DNA of 64,000 nt from an uncultured Bacteroidia bacterium (GCA_902789395.1 CADANY010000014.1:11364-75363), one strand, 5' to 3'; numbered from the stretch's first letter, positions 38,650-48,697 are shown. The notes: generated by a model from the sequence alone, not told the origin. Translations and numbers: made by a program.

Positions 38650-38690
38650 GAATAGAAGAAGCGCCCGCCCGTATTGGCGAGGGCGAGCGC
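38650..38690 (-). terminator. Intrinsic terminator candidate after POT transporter
   Basis: Minus strand gcgctcgccc-N10-gggcgggcgc followed by ttcttctattc. Confidence 0.5.
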
Positions 38691-38728
38691 ATACAGAGAA
38701 CTATCTATTGTCTTTTGGACACGCCGTT

Positions 38729-40282
38729 TTATGCGTTTGTTACTCTTTCAAGCCATTTGACCATGCCGAGCATGACGCCCATCGAGATGAGGCAGACGAC
38801 GAGGAATACCGTCCAGCACTTCCAGATCGGCCATGCATTGTACATGACGGGACCGATCCAGATCAGCAGGTTGCCAAGGGCGGTAGCGCCGAGCCAGAGG
38901 CCCTGGCAGAGACCGAGAAGGTTCTTCGGGGCGACTTTCGATACGAAGGACAGGCCGAGCGGGGAGATGAACAGTTCCGCTACCGTCAGGAAGAAATAGG
39001 TGACGATCAGAACCCACCAGTCGCATTTCATGCCTGCGGCGACGCTCTCGTCAAGGGCGCGGAATTCGGTGCCGGAAGGGTAGTGGTTGATATAAGAGAA
39101 TACGGCAAGGAATAAGTATGCGCACCCTGCGATTGCCATACCGTACGCAATCTTTCGCGGAGTCGAAACGACCTTGCCCTTTTTGGCGAGGGAAGCGAAA
39201 ATTGCCATGATAATCGGCGTGAGCACGATGACGAAGAACGGGTTGACGGCCTGCCAGATTTCCGGGGCAATCTTGTCGGTCTTGACAAAGTCGCGGGCAA
39301 AGACGGAGAGGGACTGTCCGTTCTGGTGGAACGAGAACCAGAAGAAGATGGCGATGCCGAGGACGGCGAAGAGCGCATACATTCTCTGCTTGATTTCCTT
39401 GGCCATGGCGAGTTTCTCTTCATTCGTATAGGAAAGAGATTCCGCGGCAATAGCGGCTTTGGAGGCCGGGTTGGGGAATATTCTCTTGTTATAGAGGAAG
39501 ATAGCAAGGGAAATCAGCATCGCTGCGACCGAGGCGATGAAGGAGAAATGGACACCCTGATTGAAGACCTCAAGGTAAGCGGCGGGATCGAAGGAACCGC
39601 CTGCAAGGGTAACCTTTTCGGAGAGTTCGGCAAACTTGGTTGCCTGGTCTCCCAAGGTTCCGTTAAGGGCTTTGTGGCAGAGTTCCGGAAGGTTGGAGTT
39701 ATACAGGAAGCCATTGGTCTTGAGCCACCACTGACGGAGCAGCGGAGCGACGAACGGAGCGATCAGACCGCCGATGTTAATGAAAACATAGAAAATCTGG
39801 AAACCGGCATCCCGCTGACCTTTGGCCTGGGCCAGGGCCTCGGGACCTTTCTTCGCGGCCTCTGCTTCAAAATTATCGTACATCTGTCCGACGATCGCCT
39901 GGAGGTTCCCTTTGAAGAGACCGTTACCGAAAGCGATCAGTGCAAGGGCGATGCAGGTAAAGGGAAGGAGCCAGGAGGTGTTGCCGCTCGTCGCGGTAAT
40001 CGGGATGGCCAGGAGGATATAGCCTGTGGCCATGACGATCAGACCTTTCTGGATCGTGCCCTTATAGTCCTGGGACCGGTCGGCGATGATACCGCCTACC
40101 AGTGCGAGAACGTAGATCGCGGAGTAGAAGACGGAATAAATCAAACCGCCTTTGGCATCGCTGATGCCGAATTTGGAGCAGAGGAAGAGCAGCAGGACTG
40201 CATTCATGATGTAGTAGCCGAACCGCTCACCCATGTTGCTGAGGGCGGCGGCCAGCAGTCCTTTCGGATGATTTTTGAACAT
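38729..40282 (-). CDS. POT/PTR family proton-dependent di/tripeptide transporter
   Basis: Motifs NMGERFGYY, GNGLFKGN, FYVFINIGG and ELFISPLGLSFVSKVAP. Confidence 0.93.
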   Translation of the reverse strand: MFKNHPKGLLAAALSNMGERFGYYIMNAVLLLFLCSKFGISDAKGGLIYSVFYSAIYVLALVGGIIADRSQDYKGTIQKGLIVMATGYILLAIPITATSGNTSWLLPFTCIALALIAFGNGLFKGNLQAIVGQMYDNFEAEAAKKGPEALAQAKGQRDAGFQIFYVFINIGGLIAPFVAPLLRQWWLKTNGFLYNSNLPELCHKALNGTLGDQATKFAELSEKVTLAGGSFDPAAYLEVFNQGVHFSFIASVAAMLISLAIFLYNKRIFPNPASKAAIAAESLSYTNEEKLAMAKEIKQRMYALFAVLGIAIFFWFSFHQNGQSLSVFARDFVKTDKIAPEIWQAVNPFFVIVLTPIIMAIFASLAKKGKVVSTPRKIAYGMAIAGCAYLFLAVFSYINHYPSGTEFRALDESVAAGMKCDWWVLIVTYFFLTVAELFISPLGLSFVSKVAPKNLLGLCQGLWLGATALGNLLIWIGPVMYNAWPIWKCWTVFLVVCLISMGVMLGMVKWLERVTNA

Positions 40283-40376
40283 ATAACTAAACTTTTTAAA
40301 GAATCATCATTTCTTATTTCACAAATATAGTAAAGTTTTCGTGATCAGACAAAGATTTATTATATTTGTCCTAATT

Positions 40377-41306
40377 ATGGAAAAGAAGAAAATGAATTTC
40401 GGAGAGAAACTGATGGCTTCCCTGGTCCGTCTGCTGGGACGGTTGCCCCTTGGGTTCCACCATGCCTGCGCCGATGTGATCGCCTGGTTTCTCGGGAGTG
40501 TACTGCATTACCGGGAGAAAGTGCTGGTTACCAACATTGCGCGCAGTTTTCCCGAAATGAAATATGATGAAATCAAGAAGACAGCAAAACAGTTTTACCG
40601 GCATTTCGCGGATATCTATACCGAAGCCGTCTGGATTGCTGCCTGTCATGGGGAAAAAGGGCTGAAGCGGATTCACGACAGCCACATCGTAGAGCTGACC
40701 AATGTCGAGGAAATCAACCGGTTCTATGAGAAAGTCCCGAGCGTGATGCTCCTGAGCAGTCATACCGGCAATTGGGAACTGTTCGGCGGATTCCAGGAGT
40801 ACAACTACAGCGCGGAACCTCTCTTGATCAAGAAAGAAGAACTGACGGTCGTCTACAAGGAACTCCATAGCAAACTGTGGAACCGGGTTATTGAAGAAAT
40901 GCGTCTGGCTCCGCTGGAGGACTCCGGTTTCTGCGGGTACCTTGAAACGGGCAATATCCTTCGTTATGCTGTCCAGCACCGGAATCAGAAATTGCTTTAT
41001 TATTTCATTACCGACCAGCATCCGTACGGCAACGCCGCCCGGTTTGATCTCGAGTTCATGCACCAGAAGACCAAGGCCATGTTCGGCGGCACGTCGCTTG
41101 CATGTAAGTTCGGGTTCGGCGTCATGTACCTTCGGTGGGAAATCGTCGAAAGGGGGAAGTACCGGATGACTTTCGTCCCGATCTGCGAAGATGCTTCGAA
41201 GATGACCCCCGAGGAAGTAATGAGGGAGTTCTACCGCCTCCTTGAAGAAGATTTGAATAAACAGCCATGGGATTACCTGTGGACACATAAAAGATGGAAA
41301 TCCTGA
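40377..41306 (+). CDS. Lipid A biosynthesis / lysophospholipid acyltransferase (LpxL/HtrB-like)
   Basis: Motifs HTGNWE, ITDQHP and YLWTHKRWK. Confidence 0.9.
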   Translation: MEKKKMNFGEKLMASLVRLLGRLPLGFHHACADVIAWFLGSVLHYREKVLVTNIARSFPEMKYDEIKKTAKQFYRHFADIYTEAVWIAACHGEKGLKRIHDSHIVELTNVEEINRFYEKVPSVMLLSSHTGNWELFGGFQEYNYSAEPLLIKKEELTVVYKELHSKLWNRVIEEMRLAPLEDSGFCGYLETGNILRYAVQHRNQKLLYYFITDQHPYGNAARFDLEFMHQKTKAMFGGTSLACKFGFGVMYLRWEIVERGKYRMTFVPICEDASKMTPEEVMREFYRLLEEDLNKQPWDYLWTHKRWKS

Positions 41307-41307
41307 T

Positions 41308-42333
41308 ATGAAGATCCGTTTTCTCGCAGCACTGGGCCTGCTGATGGCCCTCCCTACGGCCCTTTCCGGCCAGAACACCCTTACTTATTTTCTGCCTTCG
41401 ACGCATGTCGGCGTTGAAGTCGAGGCAGTTGTGGAAACCTTCCATGCCGGTCCCTATGCCCAGTATGCCAAAAAGTATCTTGGCATCGAGGCGAAAGGGG
41501 AAGATGCCGTCAGGACCTATATTTCGTCCGTAACGGTCGACCCGACCATCGAAGCGGATCCCTTGTCCCGCTATACGGCCGTTTCTTCCGAAGCGGTTTC
41601 GCGGGCGCTGGGCCTTTCCGCCCAGGGGCTCGTCTCCCTCGGGGGCGGCAGCGGTTCAGAGGGCCTTCGGTGGACCTTCCCGGTCCACGATGCCGCTGAT
41701 TTCTCGCGTATCGGCGTCAGCTCTCCTTATCGGACGGAAAAGAAAGTAACCTACAAGAACGTACAGACCGATACCTCCGTTACTCGGGTTGCCATGACCC
41801 AGGATATTACCGTTGCCAAAACGCCCGAGCAGAAGGCACGCGAAGCGGCGGATATGGTTCTTCGCGCCCGTCAGGAGCGTTTCAATATTACGATCGGAAA
41901 TACCGACGCGACCTACAGCGGCGCAGCCCTCGGCAGCGCGATCGAAGAACTGACGCGTCTGGAAGAGGAGTATCTGACCCTTTTCGTCGGCTATACGACC
42001 CGTCAGGTCCAGCAGGCGTCCTTCTCTGTCATTCCGATCCAGGGGAAGGATGATATTTCCTATCCTGTTTTCCGTCTTTCTCCGGATGGCGGACTGACTC
42101 CGCCCGAGTCCGGGGAAGGTACCCTCTGGTTTATGACTTTCAAGGCTTCGGCTCCTGCACCGGCAGCAGAAGATGCATCCGCGCGGAAGTCCTCCAAGGG
42201 CGCACAGATCCTGTATTACCGGATACCGGCTGTCTGCGAGACTGCTCTGACCAACGGAAGAGAGACCCTTGTCAAGACACGGATCCCGGTCTATCAGTTC
42301 GGCGAAATTTCGACTTATCCAATTATTAAATAA
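41308..42333 (+). CDS. DUF4831-like exported protein
   Basis: Signal peptide; YFLP, GPYAQYAKKYLG and YLTLFVG typical of this Bacteroidota family. Confidence 0.7.
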   Translation: MKIRFLAALGLLMALPTALSGQNTLTYFLPSTHVGVEVEAVVETFHAGPYAQYAKKYLGIEAKGEDAVRTYISSVTVDPTIEADPLSRYTAVSSEAVSRALGLSAQGLVSLGGGSGSEGLRWTFPVHDAADFSRIGVSSPYRTEKKVTYKNVQTDTSVTRVAMTQDITVAKTPEQKAREAADMVLRARQERFNITIGNTDATYSGAALGSAIEELTRLEEEYLTLFVGYTTRQVQQASFSVIPIQGKDDISYPVFRLSPDGGLTPPESGEGTLWFMTFKASAPAPAAEDASARKSSKGAQILYYRIPAVCETALTNGRETLVKTRIPVYQFGEISTYPIIK

Positions 42334-42345
42334 CACATCAGACAA

Positions 42346-43800
42346 ATGACAATCAAAGACTTACAGCCTAAGGTCGTTTGGGAGAACTTCTACGGCCTTA
42401 CCCAGATTCCGAGACCCTCAAAGCATGAAGGAAAGGTTATCGAGTATCTCTATAACTGGGGCATCGCCCACGGCCTTGAAACGATCAAGGACGAAACCGG
42501 CAACATCATCATCCGCAAGCCTGCGACCCCGGGATTCGAGAACCGCAAGGGTGTGATCCTTCAGGGACATATGGACATGGTCCCGCAGAAAACCGGCGAC
42601 AGCAACCATAACTTCCTGACCGATCCGATCACGACCCTGATCGACGGGGATTGGGTTACGGCGGACCGCACCACCCTCGGCGCGGACAACGGAATCGGCG
42701 TCGCCCTGGGCCTCGCCGTCCTCGAGGACCCTTCCGTCAAGCACGGCCCCGTCGAAGTCCTGGTGACCTATGACGAAGAGACCGGCATGACCGGTGCCAA
42801 TAAGCTCCGTCCCGGTGTCTTGAAAGGGGACATCCTCATCAATCTCGATTCCGAGGACGAGGGCGAGCTTTGCGTCGGCTGCGCTGGCGGACTTGATGCT
42901 GAAGCCGATTTCAAATACCGCAAATACACGACTCCGAAGGGTTACAAGGGTCTCCGGATCAAAGTCAGCGGCCTGCAGGGCGGTCACTCGGGCATGGATA
43001 TCTCCCTCTACCGGGCCAACGCCAACAAGGTCATGTGCCGCATCCTCCTTCCGCTCCTGGAGAACTTCGGCGCGAAGGTCGTATCCTTTACCGGCGGCTC
43101 CCTGAGGAATGCCATCCCGTTCGAGGCCGTTTCCGAAATCGTTATTCCCGAGGAAAATGTCGGAGCTGTCAAGAAACTGATTGCCAATATCTTCGATGAG
43201 GTCAAGGCAGAATACGTCGAGAGTGATCCTTCTGCGGCGATGGAGCTGTCCGAGATCCCCGCTGCCCCGAAATTCATCCAGGGGAGCGTCATGCTCAATG
43301 CCGTCAAGGCGATGATAGCCTGCCCTTCGAACGTCATCCGGATGAGCCAGAGCATGCCTGGTCTGACTGAAACGTCGATCAACATGGCCATCGTCCGTAC
43401 CGAGCGCGGCCATATCCGGGTCCATTCCCTGATGCGCAGCGCCATTGACACAGCGAAAGCCGATCTCGCCGAGCGGGTCCGCTGCATTTTCGAACTGGCC
43501 GGAGCGGAGATTTCCTTCGCCGGCGGTTACAGCGGCTGGCGTCCGAAACTGGATACGCCGATGAACAAGGTCATGATGGAGCAGTTCGAAAAGATCTACG
43601 GCTATCCGATGAAGGTCATGGCAACCCACGGCGGTCTTGAATGCGCAATCATGGGCGCGAAATACCCGAACTGGGAGATGGTCTCGATCGGACCTACGAT
43701 CCGTTATCCGCACTCTCCGGACGAGCGTCTGAAGATCGATACCGTCGGACGGACCTGGGACTACCTCAAGGCCGTTCTTGAGAACGTTCCCGAGAAATAA
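42346..43800 (+). CDS. pepD: Aminoacyl-histidine dipeptidase (M20)
   Basis: Motifs IPRPSKHE, LQGHMDMV, TLGADNGIG, DEETG, NLDSE, GGHSG, HGGLEC and HSPDE. Confidence 0.96.
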   Translation: MTIKDLQPKVVWENFYGLTQIPRPSKHEGKVIEYLYNWGIAHGLETIKDETGNIIIRKPATPGFENRKGVILQGHMDMVPQKTGDSNHNFLTDPITTLIDGDWVTADRTTLGADNGIGVALGLAVLEDPSVKHGPVEVLVTYDEETGMTGANKLRPGVLKGDILINLDSEDEGELCVGCAGGLDAEADFKYRKYTTPKGYKGLRIKVSGLQGGHSGMDISLYRANANKVMCRILLPLLENFGAKVVSFTGGSLRNAIPFEAVSEIVIPEENVGAVKKLIANIFDEVKAEYVESDPSAAMELSEIPAAPKFIQGSVMLNAVKAMIACPSNVIRMSQSMPGLTETSINMAIVRTERGHIRVHSLMRSAIDTAKADLAERVRCIFELAGAEISFAGGYSGWRPKLDTPMNKVMMEQFEKIYGYPMKVMATHGGLECAIMGAKYPNWEMVSIGPTIRYPHSPDERLKIDTVGRTWDYLKAVLENVPEK

Positions 43801-44678
43801 TGGGGAAGAGCTGGAAATCCAGGATCTTGGGCATGGCCGTTCTCGCGGTCATGTCCTTTTCCTGTACCAAACCCGTTGTCGTCGAAGTCCCTCCGGAGCC
43901 GGAGGAGGAACAGCGGATATGGGAAGTTACCGTCCGCGAACTGGATTCCTCAGTCGGGACGGAGAAGATATTCGGGCAACTCCATTTTCCCAAGGGCCGC
44001 CAGGGAAAGGTTCCGCTCCTGATTTGCTCGCACGGTCTTGGCGGGACCTATAAGGACTGCATCGCCTATGCCGATTCTGCTGCGACCCATGGCTACGCCG
44101 CCTATGTGTTCGATTTCAGGGGCGGGGGAAGCAAGGCCAGTAAAAGCGACGGGAATGTACTCGATATGTCCATTTTTACCGAGGCGGAAGACCTGGAGGC
44201 CGTCTGGGAGACCCTGCGCAGGGAGTCCTTCTATGATGCGTCCCGTGTCTTCCTCTGCGGCGGCAGCCAGGGTGGACTGGTTTCTGCCCTTGTCGGGGCA
44301 CGTCATCCTTCTGAGGTCCGGGGAATGGTCCTGCTGTTCCCGGCATTCAACATCCCGGAGTATGCGCGGATGTTGTATAAGGATTATGATTCCGTACCGG
44401 AAAAAGTCAATCTTTTCGGCTTTACCTTTGGACGGAAATACGCCGACGGGCTTTTCGAATACGATCCCTATAAAGATATGCGTTCCTTCCGGAATCCGGT
44501 CCTGATCCTGCACGGGACGGCTGATATCCTGGTTCCTGTCACTTATTCGGAGAAGGCGGTTTCCACCTACCCGAATGCCGAGCTTGAGAAAATGAAAGGG
44601 CAGCCGCACGGATTTGACCGCGATGGCGTTCCTTATGCCGCAGGACGGGCGATCGAGTTCCTCCGCAGCGTGAAATAA
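43800..44678 (+). CDS. Alpha/beta hydrolase lipoprotein
   Basis: Lipobox SFSC; motifs HGLGG, FDFRGG, GGSQGG nucleophile elbow, HGTAD and HGF. Confidence 0.9.
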   Translation: MGKSWKSRILGMAVLAVMSFSCTKPVVVEVPPEPEEEQRIWEVTVRELDSSVGTEKIFGQLHFPKGRQGKVPLLICSHGLGGTYKDCIAYADSAATHGYAAYVFDFRGGGSKASKSDGNVLDMSIFTEAEDLEAVWETLRRESFYDASRVFLCGGSQGGLVSALVGARHPSEVRGMVLLFPAFNIPEYARMLYKDYDSVPEKVNLFGFTFGRKYADGLFEYDPYKDMRSFRNPVLILHGTADILVPVTYSEKAVSTYPNAELEKMKGQPHGFDRDGVPYAAGRAIEFLRSVK

Positions 44679-44713
44679 TACGGGAAAGGGTTTGATTTTC
44701 CGAAAATTATCTC

Positions 44714-44721
44714 TATCTTTG
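44714..44721 (+). promoter_or_regulatory. Bacteroidota -7 promoter box for rpsF-rpsR-rplI
   Basis: TATCTTTG matches TAnnTTTG upstream of rpsF. Confidence 0.7.
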
Positions 44722-44789
44722 CAGTCCTTTTCGGGCGAGTATGTCCCGAGAGGACTGTAAATTTATAATAAACAATTAATTACAAACCA

Positions 44790-45161
44790 ATGGTACAGAA
44801 GTACGAGACCGTTTTCATTGCAACTCCCGTTTTGTCTGAAGCCCAGATGAAGGAAGCGGTTGCCAAGTACACCAAGCTGATCCAGGACAATGGCGGCGAA
44901 GTCGTGTACGAAGAGGATTGGGGCCTGCGTCAGCTCGCTTATCCGATCCAGCACAAGACCACAGGTTTCTATTACCTGATCGAATTCAATTCCGATCCCC
45001 AGTTCGTCGCAACGCTGGAGACCCAGTATCACCGTGACGAGCGGATCATCCGTTACCTCACTGTCGCCCTCGACAAGAACGCAGCTGCTTACGCTGAGAA
45101 GAGAAGGGCCAACAAAGCCGCCAAGGCAGTTGCTGCCGAGGCCGCTCCGCAGGCAGAATAA
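44790..45161 (+). CDS. rpsF: 30S ribosomal protein S6
   Basis: Motifs [16 protein letters not shown] and DERIIRYL. Confidence 0.98.
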   Translation: MVQKYETVFIATPVLSEAQMKEAVAKYTKLIQDNGGEVVYEEDWGLRQLAYPIQHKTTGFYYLIEFNSDPQFVATLETQYHRDERIIRYLTVALDKNAAAYAEKRRANKAAKAVAAEAAPQAE

Positions 45162-45181
45162 TCATTAGGAGGAATCAAATT

Positions 45182-45448
45182 ATGGCAAACGAAAACGAAA
45201 TCCGCTATCTCAACCCTCCGACTGTAGAGGTTAGAAAGAAGAAATACTGCCGTTTCAAAAAGGCTGGTATCAAGTATGTTGATTACAAGGATCCTGAGTT
45301 CCTGAAGAAGTTCCTCAACGAGCAGGGTAAGATTCTCCCTCGCCGCATTACCGGAACCTCCCTCAAGTTCCAGAGGAAAGTCGCCCAGGCGATCAAGCGT
45401 GCCCGCACCCTTGCCCTCCTTCCGTATGTTACTGACCTTCTTAAATAA
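45182..45448 (+). CDS. rpsR: 30S ribosomal protein S18
   Basis: Motifs [16 protein letters not shown] and AIKRAR. Confidence 0.98.
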   Translation: MANENEIRYLNPPTVEVRKKKYCRFKKAGIKYVDYKDPEFLKKFLNEQGKILPRRITGTSLKFQRKVAQAIKRARTLALLPYVTDLLK

Positions 45449-45456
45449 TCTGCCTT

Positions 45457-45903
45457 ATGGAAATTTTGCTCAAGAAAGATGTAGCCAACCTCGGCTATGC
45501 AGATGAGATCGTAAATGTCAAGACAGGTTACGCACTCAACTATCTCGTTCCCCAGGGCTTCGCTACGGTAGCTACCCCTTCCGTCAAGAAGCAGCATGAG
45601 GAGACCCTTCGCCAGAGGGCTCACAAGGAGGCCAAGTTCGTCGCTGACGCCGAGGCGCTCGCTGCTCAGCTCGCCGCCCAGACCGTAAAGGTCGCTGTCA
45701 AGGTCAGCGAATCCGGTAAGATCTACGGTTCCGTAACGACCGCTCAGCTCGCTGACGCGCTTGCCCAGGTCGGAATCAACATCGACAAGAAAGACATTAC
45801 CATCACCTCCGCAGAGGTCAAGGAGCCCGGTACCTATGAGGCTTGCGCAAAGCTTTACAAAGCCATCAAGGGTGCTTTCAACTTCGAAGTTGTCGCTGAA
45901 TAA
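45457..45903 (+). CDS. rplI: 50S ribosomal protein L9
   Basis: Motifs MEILLKKDVANLG, GYALNYLVP and GKIYGSVT. Confidence 0.98.
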   Translation: MEILLKKDVANLGYADEIVNVKTGYALNYLVPQGFATVATPSVKKQHEETLRQRAHKEAKFVADAEALAAQLAAQTVKVAVKVSESGKIYGSVTTAQLADALAQVGINIDKKDITITSAEVKEPGTYEACAKLYKAIKGAFNFEVVAE

Positions 45904-45943
45904 TTTCTACCCAGAAATACCAATCCGATACGGAGATAAAGAT

Positions 45944-45978
45944 AGAAAGGGGCTGACTCTCAGAGTCGGCCCCTTTCT
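45944..45978. terminator. Bidirectional intrinsic terminator
   Basis: agaaaggggctgactc-tca-gagtcggcccctttct between rplI and the convergent higA. Confidence 0.85.
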
Positions 45979-45981
45979 TGC

Positions 45982-46347
45982 CTAGATGCCTAAGACCGTT
46001 GCGGGAGGGATACGAAGATTCTGGACCATTTTCCTGGCCTGCTTCAAGGTAGGCTCCGATTTTCCGGAAAGAATTTCACTGATCTTTGATTGATGCATGC
46101 CCAGAAGAGAGGCCAATCCGGATTGAGAAAGCCCCATCTCGTACATCCTTAACCTTAGGATATCCGGAAGAGTGGGTTTCTTGATCGGGAAATGAATGTC
46201 TTCATAATCGGCTGCAAGATTGGACAGAAGATCGAGTTCTATACTGTTTCTGTCATCAGAAGGAGTGCTGTCGTCGACGATTTTCAGCAATTCCTCTATG
46301 CGGGCCATGGTTGCTGCATACTGTTTTTCGTTCTCAATCTTTGCCAT
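45982..46347 (-). CDS. higA: HigA-type HTH antitoxin
   Basis: KIENEKQY...ELDLLSNLAADYE, then an XRE HTH (LSQSGLA...ISEILSGK). Confidence 0.9.
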   Translation of the reverse strand: MAKIENEKQYAATMARIEELLKIVDDSTPSDDRNSIELDLLSNLAADYEDIHFPIKKPTLPDILRLRMYEMGLSQSGLASLLGMHQSKISEILSGKSEPTLKQARKMVQNLRIPPATVLGI

Positions 46348-46348
46348 T

Positions 46349-46651
46349 TCAGATATCCTTTATTTGTCTTTCCGTCAGACCGTCATATTCTTTATGAGTA
46401 CCGATGAAACGGATATATACCATTTTGATCCGGAACAGAACAAGGGTTATTAACCTGTAATCGTTCCCTTTAATGTTGAAAACAATTCTTTTATTCCCGA
46501 CATTATCAGCTGAGTTGAAAGATCTTTTGACATCGGAAAAGTTCTCCCATTCAGCAGATTCCGTTTTATGGTACCATTCTTCCAGTGCTGTTTCAGCATC
46601 TGCATGTTTCGTATAAAAGGCGACCAAAGTCTTTCTGGCGATAATTCTCAT
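46349..46651 (-). CDS. higB: HigB (RelE superfamily) toxin
   Basis: MRIIARKTL...LEEWY...VFNIKGNDYRLI...IRFIGTHKEYD; toxin precedes antitoxin. Confidence 0.92.
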   Translation of the reverse strand: MRIIARKTLVAFYTKHADAETALEEWYHKTESAEWENFSDVKRSFNSADNVGNKRIVFNIKGNDYRLITLVLFRIKMVYIRFIGTHKEYDGLTERQIKDI

Positions 46652-46707
46652 AGTCTTTTGTTTGGTATGCAAATGTAGCGAAATAATCTGAATTTTAAAA
46701 AAATATT

Positions 46708-46870
46708 CTAAAAATTAGAAAACTCTCCTTCTTTCAATAAGTTCGAATCTTTCGCTATTCTTCTTGTTCCGAACTCTATGAACCGTACGGTTACGATGCC
46801 GGCATCGGGATCATCGTCGATTACCGTGCCGTCTCCGAATACGGGATGATGGACCCGAGCACCCGCCCCT
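46708..46870 (-). pseudogene. Gene remnant resembling a PcrA/UvrD C-terminal Tudor-like domain
   Basis: A frame without a start codon reads GARVHHPVFGDGTVIDDDPDAGIVTVRFIEFGTRRIAKDSNLLKE, similar to G.RV.H..FG.G.V...V.F. Confidence 0.35.
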
Positions 46871-47633
46871 CCGTCGTCGGGACGGCGGACACCTGCTCCT
46901 CGGTCATAACCCTTAGATACGTACGCGTTGCAAGCATACTGCGAAGGTATACTTTTTTCGGTCCACTTGTTAAGAATTCCGCGGGTCGCCGATCATACTG
47001 CATTCCTTCATGGCATAAGTTCTGCGAAGCTTGTTGCGGTCTGGTTCCGTTAGGAAGCGGACCGCATTGTCTTACGACAAGCTTGCTGTTTTATTGTCCT
47101 GCGAACTCTCAACATTATTTTTGTGGCCCACATCCGTTTTTTGCAATACTCCGCATCGTATGTGAGAAACATTTTGTATATTTGCAATTGTCGGGAATCG
47201 GCCTAAACCCGAGTGACCGATGTACATAATGCGATGAAAGTGTTTGCTTTTATCCTGTAATTCGAAATCTGGTAAATTTTTAGTGCAGGGATAAGACAAA
47301 TGGTTCATCACCTTGTATGGTTTCATGTGCCTTTCAAGGCATATCTCCATACGGGTGTGGAGTATTGTTTTATTGGCACTAAGGCTTACCAGAGCCCCGA
47401 ATACAATAAAATCAAATGCTCCACACTTTCTTTATTGTAACTCCTTCTTGGGGCGGAAGGCGACAGGTTTACTAAGGCAAAATGACGTTTCCGACGATTC
47501 GGAATAATTCTTTTCAACAGTTGACTGATTTACAATTGTTTGCTTATTTGTTTTCATAATTAATATCAAAGATCCTTTATGAGTATTTAATGGACCGTAA
47601 TAATTTTTCAAAATGCACTGATCAATTTCATAT

Positions 47634-48002
47634 ATGGCGGATTATATATATTTCAAATCACGAGATGAGCTTTTGCGCTTTAACACGAGTGCAATTGTAT
47701 ATTTCGAAGCTATGGGGAATTTTACTAAGATAATCCTTGCCAATGGCTTTGAGGGGCATGTTTGTATTAATCTCGCCAAAATGCAGGAAAGGCTTACTCA
47801 CAGACTTGAAGAGAAAGCTAAATTATTTGTGCGTGTGGGTAAAAGTCATATCATCAATGTCACATATCTTTTACAGGTCATACCTCTTCGACATAAACTC
47901 GTTTTGAGTGATCAAAAGTCTTTCTTGTATGAATTGTCGATCTCGAAGGAAGCTCTCAGATCATTTATGGATATTATTATTGAATCGAAATCGAGCAAGT
48001 AA
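47634..48002 (+). CDS. Stand-alone LytTR DNA-binding domain protein
   Basis: Motifs IVYFEAMGNFT and FVRVGKSHIIN; no receiver domain. Confidence 0.85.
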   Translation: MADYIYFKSRDELLRFNTSAIVYFEAMGNFTKIILANGFEGHVCINLAKMQERLTHRLEEKAKLFVRVGKSHIINVTYLLQVIPLRHKLVLSDQKSFLYELSISKEALRSFMDIIIESKSSK

Positions 48003-48697
48003 TGGAGGTAATTATTGGAAGAGAAGCTAGGGTACCTAACCCCAGATTATGTTTAAAGATTGGCAATAGTGCCAAATTCATAGGAAACCCCGGTAGCGTT
48101 CCTAAAACGGTCAGTCGGAATCATTGTCAGTTAGAGATAATGGATGACGGTAAGATGAGGGTAAACAATATCTCTGACCAAAATACCCTGTTCGTAAACG
48201 GGACAGAGTATAAAACAAAGCTTATTACAAAAGATGATTTCATCCAACTTGGAGCAGATCGGTTTAATCTGGACATCCCAGCCATTCTTAAAGTTTTGGC
48301 TAGTGATAATGCACAACCTAAAACTTATAAGATTTCCCATTTACGACATATTTGGGAGGATTATACGCAAGCGAGATTGGATATCCAGATTCATGAGAGG
48401 AAGGTTAATGCCCTAAGTGCTATACCCGGAGTAATCTCAATGATTTCCATTGCCCTGAGTTTTATTGATGGATTACGTGCTGTTTTTATAAGTGTGGCTG
48501 CGATATTCGCCTTGATTTTTGCGTTAATACGGATGAAAAATGCAGGGAAAGTTCCTCTCAAGCAAAAAGAACTAGAAGACTGTTTTCAAGATGAATATGT
48601 TTGTCCGAATTGCAAGCATTACCTGGGTTACAAGAGTTATAAGCTAGTATTAAAAGATGGTGGATGTCCGTGGTGCAAAGTCAAATACACGGAATAA
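48002..48697 (+). CDS. FHA domain protein with TM hairpin and C-terminal Zn ribbon
   Basis: FHA motifs IGR, VSRNH and FVNG; two hydrophobic segments; CPNC...CPWC. Confidence 0.85.
   Translation: MEVIIGREARVPNPRLCLKIGNSAKFIGNPGSVPKTVSRNHCQLEIMDDGKMRVNNISDQNTLFVNGTEYKTKLITKDDFIQLGADRFNLDIPAILKVLASDNAQPKTYKISHLRHIWEDYTQARLDIQIHERKVNALSAIPGVISMISIALSFIDGLRAVFISVAAIFALIFALIRMKNAGKVPLKQKELEDCFQDEYVCPNCKHYLGYKSYKLVLKDGGCPWCKVKYTE

Noticed and set aside
38712-38729. ttttggacacgcc resembling an IS/REP end
   Set aside because: Single half-site with no partner repeat or transposase nearby.
1-45900. Many long antisense or alternate-frame ORFs in the track (e.g. 17028-19199, 26358-28157, 19133-20941, 40371-41378, 42418-43713)
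   Set aside because: They shadow well-recognised genes on the opposite strand, as expected in GC-rich DNA with few stops, and show no recognisable motifs.
46970-47070. Integrase-like KLRRTYA string on the minus strand at the island junction
   Set aside because: Lies in a roughly 33-codon frame bounded by stops, with no other tyrosine-recombinase motifs in frame.
47510-47560. LytTR-type direct repeats upstream of the LytTR gene
   Set aside because: Candidate half-sites are 15 bp apart rather than the expected 21 bp or so, and the match is weak.
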